Source: Camelus ferus
Lineage: Eukaryota
Length of the DNA: 64,000 bases
Reading direction: 5' to 3'
NCBI RefSeq assembly: GCF_009834535.1
Contig: NC_045696.1
Location: 87,236,001 to 87,300,000, forward strand
Positions 12,951 to 26,010 of the stretch are shown one piece after another (within the stretch, counting starts at the first letter, position 1; every line of letters begins with the position of its first letter). The notes under the pieces were generated by a model. The model did no database searches and was not told the origin of the DNA. It saw only the letters and a program-made list of their open reading frames with translations. The position numbers and the translations under genes were made by a program.

Positions 12951-14468
12951 CCTTGATCAGAGAGATGACTCTAGAAGGCATTTTTTATTCTTCTGTAAAG
13001 ATCCCAGAAGGATTGAGTCTCAATTGTCCACAAGTGTGACCAAATTAAAACTGCTTCTTTTTAGAATTTACTTCCATTTCTGTTTCCTTTGCCTCATCTT
13101 TACTTCTCCACTAGCCACTCCTATTGCTATGAGGAATGAAATCCTTTGTTTCTGACAATCAAGGAATCTGTGTCTTCTGCCAGGATTCTGAAAATAGGCT
13201 AACTTGGAATATATCACATAGTATCAAGTAAACAGCTTTCTTCCCTTAATACTTACTTGGCACCTGCTGATGGGCCATGGCAGAGAAAAATGAAATTAAA
13301 AGTCTCAAACAGATTTCCATATATCAGGATAATGTATTGCTCTAACATAGTGAGTGTTCTTAACAATGGATCAATTTTAGTGCCATATTTATTTTGTTTT
13401 TCAATATATGTGCACAAAAACCTATGTATACGGGAACGTGACTCATGACATCCCATTGTTCATGTATTGATTAACTAATTAGTTCTCATGGATTCATATT
13501 TTAAACTTTCCTACAATAATTTATTTAAAATATTTGGGGAAAATAGTAGTAGTAACATAATGCTTCCATAGGTAGCAGAGTATAATAAATACTCATGGAA
13601 TACCTGGGTGTTTTGTAAAATTTGAGTCAAGAATGAGGTGATATGATATATTTGATTAAAAGATTGAAAAAATCTGAAAGGGCAGAACAGAACTCCAGTT
13701 TTTGTCTTCAGTCTGTAACTCATGGAATGGCATGAAGGGTCATAAGGGAGCTTAATGGTTTATTCTTTTCCACTGTCACATAATCCTGACAAAGGAACGA
13801 ACTCTTCAATCTTCTCAATTGTCAATTCATGGCCTTTGACAGGTAATACATTCGCTGAACAAGTTTAAAAAGAAAAAAAAAATAGAAGGAAATGGATGTA
13901 GGAGGTTGGGGAGAAGATTGAGTTAGAAGGTAATAGAAAATGCATTACTGTAGGTCTGATATTTTCCATATTACTGTAGATGGTAGTAAAATGTGATCAT
14001 TAATTTAGTCAAAAAAAAAAAAAAACCCAATATTGGTACTATGTCATTCTTCTCTACTGTATAAAGTTAAAAAAATTCCCCCTAAAACAATTCATTTATT
14101 AGAATATAGACTTGCTTGCTTTTTGCTTAAGAAGCAGGCAAGATATTCCAATTCAACAACCTCAGAAAGCTTTCTAATGGCTTAAACTAACACTGTCCAA
14201 CATATTCATTCATGTTGTTTACTAAAAATCCATTCTCAGGGATTCCAGAAATTGATTTTATTTTTTCAAGTAGTATTCTTAAAAATAAAGTGATTTAATG
14301 GGTTAACTGGCAAAAGATTATTTTATATTACACAGAAAAATGGAAAAATTTAGACTAAATATTAGTAAAAACATGATTATACTCAGGATAAATAAAATGT
14401 TAGATTTATAACCATATTGGAAATATAATCAGTGTTTAAAAAGGTGTGCATACATGCACATACTTTTT

Positions 14469-15069
14469 CTTCCAGCAAAGCATTTTTTTAAATTTTATTT
14501 TTTATTGAAGTGTAGTTGATTTACAATGTTAGTTTCAGGTGTACAGCAAAGTGATTCAGTCATGCATATACATCTATCTATCCATATATATCTATATAGA
14601 TATTTTGTTGTTGTTTCTTTTCCATTACAGCTCATTACAAGAAATTGAATATAGTTCCCTGTGCTATACGTTAGGTCCTTGTTGTTTATGTATTTTATAT
14701 ATAGTAATGTGTATCTGTTAATCCCAAACTCCTAATGTATCCCTCCCCAACCCTTTCCTCTTTGGTAACCATAGTTTGTTTTCTATGTCTGTGAGTCTGT
14801 TTTGGTTTATAAATAGAATGTGTATCATTTTTTTTTAGATTCCACATAGAAGTGATATCATATTTGTCTCTGTCTGACTTACTTCACTTAATATGATAAT
14901 CTCTAGTTTAATCCATGTTGCTGCAAATGGCATTATTTCATTCTTTTTTATGGATGAGTAATATTCCATTGTGTATATATACCATATCTTATCCATTCAT
15001 CTGTCAGTGGACACTTAGGTTGTTTCTATGTCTTTGCTATTGTCAATAGTGCTGCTGTGAACACTGGGG
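14469..15069 (-). mobile_element. 5'-truncated L1 3' end (cetartiodactyl type) with 16-bp TSD
   Basis: tttattgaagtgtagttgatttacaatgttagtttcaggtgtacagcaaagtgattcag... TSD catgcacatacttttt at 14453-14468 and 15070-15085. Confidence 0.92.
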
Positions 15070-15544
15070 CATGCACATACTTTTTTTTAATGCATTACTT
15101 ATACACTGAAGCTTTGTGTTTAGGGAAATTGTAACAGAATTCATATATGTGGATTTATGTGTTCTGCATGTTAAGTCGTACAATCACAGTAGATTATTGC
15201 CTCTGCACTATACATTTTCAAAATAGTGTTAACTCTCCAGCATATTAAACCTGATAGATACAATCTGAGTAATTTCAAGACAAATGGAAACTAGAACTGC
15301 ATTTTGGGGTAGGTGTAGGATTAATCACTTTCAAAAGGATATTTTAGGTAGGAAAACATACCAAAATTTTCCTGAGTAAAATGTCAACTCATAATAAGTG
15401 CTGTCAGTATCTAATTACCACAGATATAAGGATGAGCACTATAATTTCCTAACCCTATTCAATATGGGAGAAGGGAGATAGAATATTTAGTTTCATTTGG
15501 AAAGATAATTGATACCCTCTGCTTTGAATATTTATTCAGGATCA

Positions 15545-17612
15545 GTTTTATTGACGTATAATTGACATGTAACTTTATATTAATTTCAGCTGTACAGCAT
15601 AATAATTCAAGTATTTGTTTATACAGCCAAATGATCGCCACAGTAAGTCCAGTTAACATCATTCTCTTACATAGTTACAAAATTTTTTATTCTTCTGATG
15701 AGAAATTTTAAGATCTATTCTCTTAGCAGCTTTCCAATATGCAATAATTATAGTCACCATGCTGTATATTATACCCCCATGACTCATTTATTTTACAACT
15801 GTAAGTCTGTCCTTTTGAGTGCCATCACACATTTTTTCCAACCACCACCTCTTACCTCTGGCAACCACCAATCGGTTATGTGCATGACTTAGGTCTTTTG
15901 TGTGTGTTGATGCTTCTGATTTTTTCTTTTCTTAGATTCCACATACAAGTGAGATTATACGGTATCTATCATTACTGTCTGATTTTTTTCACTTAGCAAA
16001 TTCCCCTCAAGTTCCATCCATGTTGTCACAAATGACAAAATTTTATTCTTTTTAAAATTGCTGAATAATATTCCATTGTACATATACACCATGTTTCCCA
16101 TATCCCGTCAGGCTGCATCTGTAATGATTAGCTAATAGGCCTCTTTCATAGAGAGACTGAACTCTGAGTCTGCTGCTCCTCCTGTGCTCTGGGGGTGGTA
16201 GCTTTTTAAGAATACTTTCTCCATTTATTACAGTCCTATGGGACACATGTGGGTAAGCCCTGCTGGCTGCCAGAGCCAGGCAATAAGGAGGTGTTCCCTG
16301 GAGGCAGCTGTAAAAGTTGGGGGGCTAGGCAAGAGTATATATACTACTTTCTGCGAGGTACCGGTAAGCTGAAGTGAGCAGAGGGAGAGAGCAGATGGCA
16401 TCCACTGGCCTCTGTTCCCTGAGAGCACTTCTGTAGACGAGTAGATGTGTATGAAATCTGAAGATGTGTATGAAATTTTCCCCCTGAGGGCAGAAAATCT
16501 CCAGAAAAGCAATGAGGCCTCTTTCACAAAAAGACTGGGGTTGTGTTTCAGTCAGCTGTCTGCGGGGTGTCCTAGGGGGGTGGTAGCCTGCCAAGAACGA
16601 TTTCTCTGATCACTACAGTGTCATGGGACTAAGGAATGAGGCTCACCTGCCCTTAAGAGCCAGGCAGTCGAGGGGTGTCTCCTGGGTGGCAGCTGCAGAA
16701 ACGGCACCAGAATGTGTAAAAGCTCTCCTCCAGGTGATTCTGGTGCTCCAGAGCATGGCGGAGGGCGAGCATGGAGATGGCCCCCACTGGGTGTAAGTGA
16801 GGTGCAAGGGGAGTGTAAAAGTGATGCCCACTGAAAAAAGATTGGGGGGAAAAAAAGGAAAAGAAGAAAAAAGAGAGATGGAGCTGACAGGCTAGAACAA
16901 GGCAAGGGAGATTCCGAAGATGACACCGCCTGGCTAGAGTGAGACAGAGGGGGCACATAAAGATGGCCCCTGTCGGATAAATAAAAGATGGTACCCACTG
17001 TCTAGAGCAAGGCAGAGGGAGAGTGCATAAGTGGCACCCACCAGTCTGTCACTGGGCAGTGTTCCCAGTGGGCTCAAGAGATGGGTTAAATTAGCCCCTT
17101 GGGCTAATGCTTTAGTATAAGGAAATGAGCCTTCTGCTCAAAGTCTGAGCCTCACTGGCTGCCTCTGACCTGGGCACTGAAGAGGAGGTGTCCATGTGCA
17201 GGAGCCGTTTAGGAGCTGTTTCTAAGATTGCCACAGTCTTGTGGGTTTCCTGGACAAGAGACCAAGTGTTTTTCAGAGCTAGATGTTTTGTGAGTCCGTC
17301 TCTCGGGTGCAAGTCTTAACAGTTGGGGAGCCCAATGTAGAATTTGAACTCTCTCCTCCTCAGGGAGAAATTCTAGGTTTCAAGTTCCCTCCCAATTGTG
17401 GGTTGCTGCCCCAGGGGTGGGATTAATGGCAAGATTGTGTCCCAGCCCCTCCTACTATAGTCAATGTGCTGTTCTCCTTTGCTTGATGTGTAGTTATCAC
17501 TCAGCCATTATTTAGAAATTTTTGAGAAGAAATTGTTCCATATACAGCTATAGACTTGGTGTATCTATGAAAGGAAGATGGGTTCAAGACCTTTCTATGT
17601 TGCCATATTGTC
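15545..17612 (-). mobile_element. L1 3' end (15545-16105) joined directly to an L1 5' UTR (16105-17612); ORFs absent
   Basis: Typical antisense L1 3' UTR switches at about 16105 to monomer-containing 5' UTR (ggcctctttca at 16138 and 16516), ending ttctatgttgccatattg. Confidence 0.8.
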
Positions 17613-17694
17613 ATATAATTTTGCTATGACATTGAAAATGTATTTTGTATTTCTATAAATATAGCTTCAAAATTGACAGCAAAGATCATTTAAA

Positions 17695-20600
17695 GTTTTA
17701 TTGAGACATGTAATTGACATGTAATTTTAATTAGTTTCAGCATAATGATCTCATATTTGTATAAACTGTTAAGCTATCACCACAATAAGTCTATTTAATG
17801 TATGTCACCACATATAGATATAAATCTTTCTTGTGATGAGAACTTTTAAGGTTTATTCTCTTACCAACTTACAAATATACAGTACAACATTTTAAACTAC
17901 AATTGCCATGCTGTACGTTATATCCCAAGGACTGATTTCTTTTGTACCTGGAAATTTTCATCTTTTGACAACCTTCACCCATTTTCCCCACCCAACACAT
18001 CCCACCTCTGGCAACAACCAGTCATTTTCGGTCTCTATGTGTTTTGTTTTGTTTTTATTTCACATATAAATGAGGTCATATGGTATTTGCCTTTCTCTGT
18101 CTGACTTCCACTTAGCATAGGTCTATCCATGTTGTTGCAAATGGCAGTATTTCATTCTTTTTTATGGCTAAATAATATCCCACTCTGTGTGTGTATCACA
18201 TTTTCTTTATTCATCCATCAGTGGACACTTGGATTCTTCTATATCTTCACAATTGTTAAAAATGCTGCAATGAACATGCAGATGAGATGCAGATATCTTT
18301 TCAAGTTAGTGTTTTTGTTTTCTTGGGATAAATACCCAGAAGTGGAATTGTTGGGTCATATGGTAGTTTTAATTACTTTTTGAAGATCTTACACAGTAGC
18401 TGCATCAATTTACATTTCTACCATCAGTGCACAAGGGTTCTCTTTTGTTCACATCCTCACCAACATTTGTTGTTTTTTTCTTTTTGATAATAGCCATTCT
18501 GACAGAGGTGAAGTGATACCTCATTGGAGTTTTGATTTGCACTTCCCTGGTGGTTAGTGATGTTGAGCACCTTTTCATATTCTTTTGCCATCTTTGTGAC
18601 TTTGGGAAAGTATCTCTTTAGATCCTCTGCCCATTTTTAAATTAGATTATTTTTTGTTATTAAGTTGTATGAGATCTTTATATATTTTGGATACTAGCCC
18701 CTTATCAGATGTATGGTTTGCAGATATTTTATCCCATTTAGTAGGTAGTCTTTTCACTTTGTGGATGATTTCCTTTACTGTATAGCTTTTTAGTTTGATA
18801 TAGTCCCACTCCAAGATCAATGTCTTAGAGATCATTGGTTATGTTTTTCCTTCTATGAGCTTGATGGTTTCAGGTCTTATATCCATTTTGAATTAATTTT
18901 TATATATACCGTATTCATTATTTTGCATGTGGCTGTCCAGTTTTCCCAGCCCTATTTATGAAAGAGACTTGCTTTCCCCATTGTATATTCTTGGCTCCTT
19001 TGTTGTAAATTAGTTGACTACTTATACATGGGTTTATTTCTGGGCTTTCTATTCTATTCCATTTAACCATGTGCTGTTTCATGCCAGTACCATACTGTTT
19101 TCAAACTCTATTACAAAGCTGTAATAATTAAATCAGGGGGCATGATTCCTGCAGCTTTGTTTTTCTTAAGATTGTTTTGCTACTTAGGGTCTTTTGTGAT
19201 TCTGTACACATATTAGAACAAAAATCCTACCTCTATAAAAGCACCATTGTAATTTTTATAGGGATTTCATTGAATCTGTAGATTGCCCTTGGGTAATATG
19301 GTCATTTTAACAATATGAATTTTTCTAGTCCATGATCACTTATTTGTGTCTTCTTTATTTTCTTCCATCAGTTTCTTATAGTTTTCAGGGTAGAGATCTT
19401 TCACATCCTTGGTGAATTTAATTCCTAGGCATTTCATCCTCTTTTGATGCTATTATATATAAATGGGATTGTTTGTTTAATTTCTGATAGTTTACTAGTG
19501 TACAGAATTGCAACAGAATTTTGTATGTTGATTTTGTATCCTGAAACTGAATTTCTCAGTTCTAATAGCTTTTTGGTGATGTCTTTATGGTTTTCTACAT
19601 ATCAAATCATGTTATCTGCAAATAGTGATTTTTTTTTTGGTTTGTTTGATTTGTTTTGCCTAATTGCTGTGACTAGGATTTTCAATACCATGGTGAATAA
19701 AAGTGATGAGGAGAGTGGGCATTCTAGTCCCATTTCCTGATCTTAGAGGAAAAGCTTTTTAGCTTTTACCATTGAGTATAATGTTAGCTGTGGGCTTGTC
19801 ATATATGCCCTTTTACTATGTTGAGGTATGTTCCCTCTTTACCTATTTTGTTGAGAGTTTTTATCGTGAAAAAAATTCAATGTTCAGTTAAATTTTTTTC
19901 TGCTTCTATTAAAATGACCATAAGATTTTTATCCTTCATTTTGTTAATGTGGTGTATCACAATGATATTAAACCATTCCATGCATCCCTGGAATAAATCC
20001 CACTTGATTATAGTGTATGACTTTTTAATGTGTTGTTGAATTTTATTTGGTGATATTTTATTGAGGTTTTTGTATCTATGTTTATTGAGATATTGGTCTA
20101 TAGTTTTCCTTTCTTGTGGCATCCTTTTTTAATGTTAAGATCAGGGTAATGCTGGCCTCATAAAATGACTTTGAAAATGATTTTGAACTGATCTTCTATT
20201 TTCTTGAAAAGTTTGAGAAGAATTTGTATTAGTTCTTTAAATGTCTAGTAGCATTCACCAGTTTAGCCATCTGCTTCTGGACTTTGTGGAAGAATTTTCA
20301 TTACTGATTCAATCTTCTTACTAATATTTGCTCTATTCAGATTTGCTATTTCTTCACGATTCAGTCTTGGTAGGCTGTATTGTTTTTTTTTTTTTGATAT
20401 TTACCTGTTTCTTCTAGATTTTCTAATTTGTTTATATGTAATTGCTCATAGCAGTCTCTTACAATCCTTGATGTTTCTGTGTTATCAGTTGTAACACTCT
20501 CTCTTTTGAGTCTTTTTTTTTCTTGGTTAGTCTAAATAGTTTATCCATTTTATCTTTTTAAAACAAAGTTCTTTGCTATTGTCTCTTTGATCTCTATTCA

Positions 20601-21292
20601 TTTTCTCTCTGACCACTATTATTTTCTTCCTTGTACTAAGTTTGTGCTTTATGTTTTCTTCTTTTTTATTTCCTTGAGGTGTAAACTTACTAAGATCTCT
20701 CTTGTTATCACTAAATGTGTAAATCAAAAAGTAACATTTTTCTTAGAATTCCATTTACTGCATGTCATGAGTTTTAGTGTGCTGTATTTCCATTTTGTCT
20801 GAAAGTATTTGTGTAAAAGTATTTTTTACTTCTCTTTTGATTTCTTGTTTTAAATTTCTTCCTTGAACCATAATTGCTTCTTGAACTGAATGGGTTATTC
20901 AGTACCATACTGTTTAATTTCCAAATATTTGTGACTATGCCAATTATCTCTTTAAATCATATCAAGTACCTTCCAAAAACAACAATATGAAACTAGAAAT
21001 CAATTACAATCTCCTTAGATTTATTAAGACTTGTTTTGTGGCCTAACATATGATTTATCCTGGAGAATGTTCCAGGTGAGCTTTAGAAGAATGTATATTC
21101 GGTTGCTTTTTGATAGAATGTTCTGTATATGCCTAATATCATCTAGTCTACTGTGTTAAGATCAATGCTTCTTTGTTGATTTTCCTGTCTGAATGCTCCA
21201 TCTATGATGAAAGTGAGTATTAAAGTCCCCTACTATTATTGTATTTCTGTCTGTTTCTCCCTTTATGTCTGTTAATACTTGCTTTATATATT
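17695..21292 (-). mobile_element. L1 3' UTR plus most of ORF2, degenerate
   Basis: Continuous antisense ORF2. The ORF track shows L1 ORF2 peptides such as WDYIKLKSY...[11 protein letters not shown] (18647-18835) and IQQHIKK...MVILIEAEK (19877-20122). Confidence 0.95.
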
Positions 21293-21706
21293 AGATGGCA
21301 ATATAAAAATCATTTTTTATGGCTAAAGGGCAGAGAGATGAGGGTGCAACTCAGGCTAAAAAATGAAGAATATCCAAAGATTAAAGCCATTCAACTAAAA
21401 TACTTGATACTAATAAAATCTCAAAAACCAAAATAACAAATAATAGCAAACAATTATTAATAAATAGAAAATCAGGACAAACTGCCAGTCATCATGGTCT
21501 TTGACAAATTTTGGTAAATAGCAAAGGTAGAAAGCTAATACAGGATAGAAAATATGCAAATGATGCATTCTCGTGTTTTTATTAAGTGAAAGAGAGCCAT
21601 TTTATCTACCTCATAAAAAGAAATGAAGGTTTTTAACCTTGCCTCTGAGGTCTAATTAATGTAATAGAGGCTCATGATCTGAATTGGTCATAATAAAACA
21701 ACCTAC

Positions 21707-21850
21707 TGTTTCTTAAATCCTATGGCTCTTCTCTTTGGATACACATCAGAATCACTGTTCAGGCTTTTATAAAAAAATACAGAAAGCAGGATCTTAACCC
21801 AGATCCACTCATCCAGATTTTCCAAATCTATATAGTCCTGAGATACTTAA
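21707..21850. mobile_element. MER5A-like hAT-Charlie MITE fragment
   Basis: tttggatacacatcagaatcact...aaaatacaga...cccagatccact motifs. Confidence 0.5.
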
Positions 21851-22339
21851 CTAAGTTGAATTTAATTCCCAGCCATGATAAATAATTGCTGATTATTGAT
21901 TGATGCTGAGTTTTTAGTTGGTCACTGATTTTCTCCTTATTTCTAGACCAAAAAAGAGACTTATCTAACAATAAACTGGGGTAAGGGAAAGAGGAATGGG
22001 ATTACTTTGGGCACTTGGCATACCTATGGTAAAATCCTGAAAATAAGAGAGGTTGCAAAGTGAGTTACAAGAATCTCATAGAAGCTGTTGCTCATGCCCA
22101 GGGACAATGAGTACTTTTGTGTATTTTCAGAGAACTCTGTAATTAAAATCAGACTAAAAATGAGTCATGTTAAATTTTTAAAACTGATAAATTGGAAAAT
22201 AAGAAACCAATTACTTAAATAACGCATAGGTCAGAAAGCAAATTAAAAGTGTAGTGACAAACTGTTTATACTTTAAGGCCTTAATTGCCCAAATAATTTT
22301 GTCTATCTTCTAATTTTAATCTGTTAACCTAAACTGAAT

Positions 22340-22515
22340 AGTCTACAATCCTGAGTGTGTATTAGAACCACTTAGAGAACATTAAAAAAAAAATCTGTTT
22401 TTCAGCGTAATACAAAGCAACTAAATCAGAATCTAAGGATGGGCTCTGAGTATCTGGAATGTTAGAATTACCTGGTGGGGGCAAAAGTGCCTAAGCAACT
22501 AGGTCTGAGAATCAT
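22340..22515. mobile_element. MER5A-like hAT-Charlie MITE
   Basis: tgagtgtgtattagaaccactt...caactaaatcagaatct...tctgagaatca motifs. Confidence 0.55.
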
Positions 22516-23054
22516 ATTCTAAACTCCAAGTCTAAGAAACGCTTTGTGAGCTAATTTATTTTAATTCTGTGAAATTCCACTCTGAGACAATGATTTAGAA
22601 ACCTATATGTTTAAAATACAAGGAAGAAAAAAATCAAACATGCAAAACAGAAACATTGGCTAATATTGTGAATATATTATTTTCTTAAGTGACTTTATAA
22701 TATTTATAATTTTATCAAAGAAATATAATAATAAATAATACATAAATAATACTTATGTAGTCCTGAAGGATTTTAGAAAGGAGAACTTATGAAATTTCTT
22801 TTTACCTAATTTAATAAATAAAAGCAGGATTACTTATTTTGAAAAGATCTGTCAAAATTAAATTAATGAGAAGGAAAGGAAAAGAGAGGAAGTGAAAAAA
22901 ATATGAACTTGAATGTGAAAAGTTATTTAGGAAAATCATGAGGAAAAGAAAGTCCTTGACTTTTGGTGGTTGTATGGAAGGTAACTTTGCTTTTCATCTT
23001 AGATATTTTGTCTTTGTAATGTTTTCTTCATTGAGCATATAATAATACATCTAT

Positions 23055-23200
23055 AATTGTATATATTAAAATTATATATACAATTGTGTATATTAAAATT
23101 ATATATACAATTGTATATATTAAAATTACATATACAATAAAATTATATATACTATGTATATAAATATTGTGTATATAAATATTGTATATATAAATAGATA
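23055..23200. repeat. AT-rich minisatellite: three 27-bp units plus a degenerate tail
   Basis: aattgtatatattaaaattatatatac units start at 23055, 23082 and 23109. Confidence 0.9.
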
Positions 23201-24544
23201 TTTCTTAAAATGTTAATAATGACTGGTGGTGGTTTTTAGAATTGAATGCTTTTTATTTTCAAAACTTTTTATTAAAAAATTAGTGTATAATCTAAAATTT
23301 TAAACTATAGGAAATTATATGGCCATTCTATTAAAGGTATGCAAGACATAAGAGAAGGAAACAAGGCAAGAGAGAGTTGCCATAGAATATATTTGCAACT
23401 TTACAATGTCCAGAACACTGGACATTGTAAAGTTTCAGGTGCTTACAGTAAAACATAAATTATAGCTTGTGTTTCTCAGCACTGCAGATCTTTTATATGT
23501 GATTTATACCTGTGAAAAGAGCACAGTGCAATAATTGCATCACTGATGTATTTAATTTACAGGTTGGGTGACTAGAGAAGTATGTTTCAAAGTGTTCAGT
23601 CTTGTTAACCATTAAGTATAAGCGGGAGTATTCTCTTCAGCAGGTGAAGCAAACAGATGTTGCAGCTTTGATTTCACAAGCAAGAAAATGACTTATTTTC
23701 TTTTCTGGCCCCTTGCATTGTTACCTTATACATAAAAAGAAAACTCCATTTGAGATATTTTTCAGTCAAAGATATGACTTTGAATATGCAGCATGATTAT
23801 TACAAACATAAACCATCTTGCTTTTTCATTGAGCATAGTTTTAACATCAGGCCTTAGTTCCTGTATATCTTCTCTAGAAACCACTAATGAGTCTTATTCA
23901 ATAAGATATTAGGCTGCCCCATAGAGGCAGAAGGTAGTTGTCTCATAGGTTCAGTCAGATACCTCTGCTGGGTACAATCAATCAGACATGAGTGGAGTTT
24001 AATGTTGCAGAGAGAGGTAGTTAGTGGCATTGGTCAACCACTAGTAATAGAATCCTCAAAAGCTCTTCTTGGGGAGTTCTCTCAGATGAGGCCTACAGGA
24101 ATCATTCTCAACAGTGAGGCAGTGGGCAGGGCCGCAGCTTCACTGGCATACCCAACATTTTCCAAAGTAAACAGAAGTGCTTTAGGGGTGTGATAACAGT
24201 AACAGGTAATTTTCTAAACATGTAGACTCACCATCATTTGTCTAAATATTTTCTTTGCTTTCAATTTTTCACTCAATTTGACACTGCATAAACAGATTTT
24301 AATGCATATTAATATATGCCTTATTTTTTTAGAGGAGGCTACAACCAGTAAGATTGTCATATTAAGGTTTTAATTCTCTGAATCTATGATTCTTTTGTCA
24401 GATTGATTTTGTGCAATGTTTAATTTCTAATGCTTATCCACCATGGAAGTGAGTAATCATTTCATTCCACCCTTGACAGGTTATATAGTATCATATATTA
24501 TTAACCTATTAAATTTGACTAGTAAAAATGACATACTCTTTCAT

Positions 24545-26010
24545 TTTATCTTTCATTTACTCATTACTGAGCCCCCATTATATTCTGAGCATGATTACAG
24601 GCTCTGGGGACTCAGAGGTAAACAAAATAGATTTTGAAACCTGCCCTCATGCTGCCTGTAAGAGAGAAAATGGTGGAACAATGTCCCTGAGGAAGTAGGA
24701 GTGGATGAAACAGACTTTACAATTGGAGATAAGAGCCCTGAGTGCCAGTCTAGGCATAGAGAAGAGGGTAGTATATAGAATCATGGTTGAAGGTCATACC
24801 AGAAGAAGTTTGTAGAAATTGTCTTCAAATTGCTGCAGTTCTTGTCTTTGTTTAATAGGAGGTATAGTAGGGTTAAAGAGAATACACTGTATGGAAGAGT
24901 TGTCTTAAAGAATGGGAGAATAAATGGGTTAGAGAATATGGTTTGGTTTGCCAGCACTATTAAAGGTTATTTTAGTTTAGTGATATTCAGAAGAATAAAA
25001 AGTGAGAACAGTAAGCAAGCATGGCTATATTTTTTCCAGTGACATTTGACAACAGAATACAGTTGACCCTTGAACAATATGTGGGTTACAGGTACCAGCC
25101 CTCCATCATAAAAAATCCAAGTATAGTTTGTATGTGCAGTTCTTTTGTATCCGAGTGTCTCCATCTGCAAATACGACCTTTGTATCTGAATTTCTGTATC
25201 TATAGATTTGACCAACTGCACATCATGTAGTACTATAGCATTTACTACTGACAAAAATCCATGAACAAGTGAACCTGTGAGTTAAAACCCATGTTGCTCA
25301 AGGGGCAACTCTATTGGCCTGCAGGAGGCACAAGTAGTAGGCAGAAGTTTGGAGTTTATGTGAGAATAATGAAGTAAAAGGAAGGCAAGGAAATGAGTGA
25401 ATATGATTCACCTTGGGAATTATGATGAATAAAGAGGAAAGTAAAAAATTAAGAAGGTTGAGGTACGGTGTAGCATCAATAGCATGTTGGTTCAAGTAGA
25501 GTTAAAGAGGTGGAGCATATGAGAGGATGGGTTGGAAAGATAAGAGCTGGTAGTTGGAAAATGGGATGTTTGAAAATTGAGGTTATAGAAGTGCTTCATA
25601 TAATGGAAATGACATTAACAAAGTGGAAGCAGAGGATGGAAAACAACATCATTGCAGGACAGGAGATCATGGAAGCACAAGGCAAGAATAATGTAGTGGT
25701 TACCTTTCTGTATATTATAGTCTCCCATATTATGACAGGAGATCCAGGCAGGAAGGGGACCACAGAGAACAGGTGATAACAAGGCTAGCAGATGGTTACT
25801 TTGATTAAATTTACAGGAAGGGAAAGGAGGGTGGCCTAGAAAAAGCCATGAAGAACAGGGAGGGCACCACCTGTTCCATCTCCAGGAATTCGAGTAAGGG
25901 GAGTGAGAAAGAAAAGTCATCCCTTAAGAGAGTTGTAACAGAAGTAACATTACCAGCAATGGGCTTGATGTCAACAGAATATGAAGAGAAATTTCATGGA
26001 AGATTTGACG
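24545..26010 (-). mobile_element. L2 LINE fragment (3' end plus body), interrupted by a Tigger2-type MITE
   Basis: ttcatttactcattactgagccccc...caggctctggggactcagaggtaaacaa...cctgccctcatg, followed by purine-rich L2-like body. Confidence 0.6.
25060..25311. mobile_element. Tigger2-derived MITE (MER8/Tigger2a-like)
   Basis: TIRs cagttgacccttgaacaa / ttgctcaaggggcaactc, with TA on both sides (25058-25059 and 25312-25313). Confidence 0.9.

Noticed and set aside
23055..23200. CRISPR-like array
   Set aside because: The units are contiguous with no unique spacers, and the context is mammalian; it is a minisatellite.
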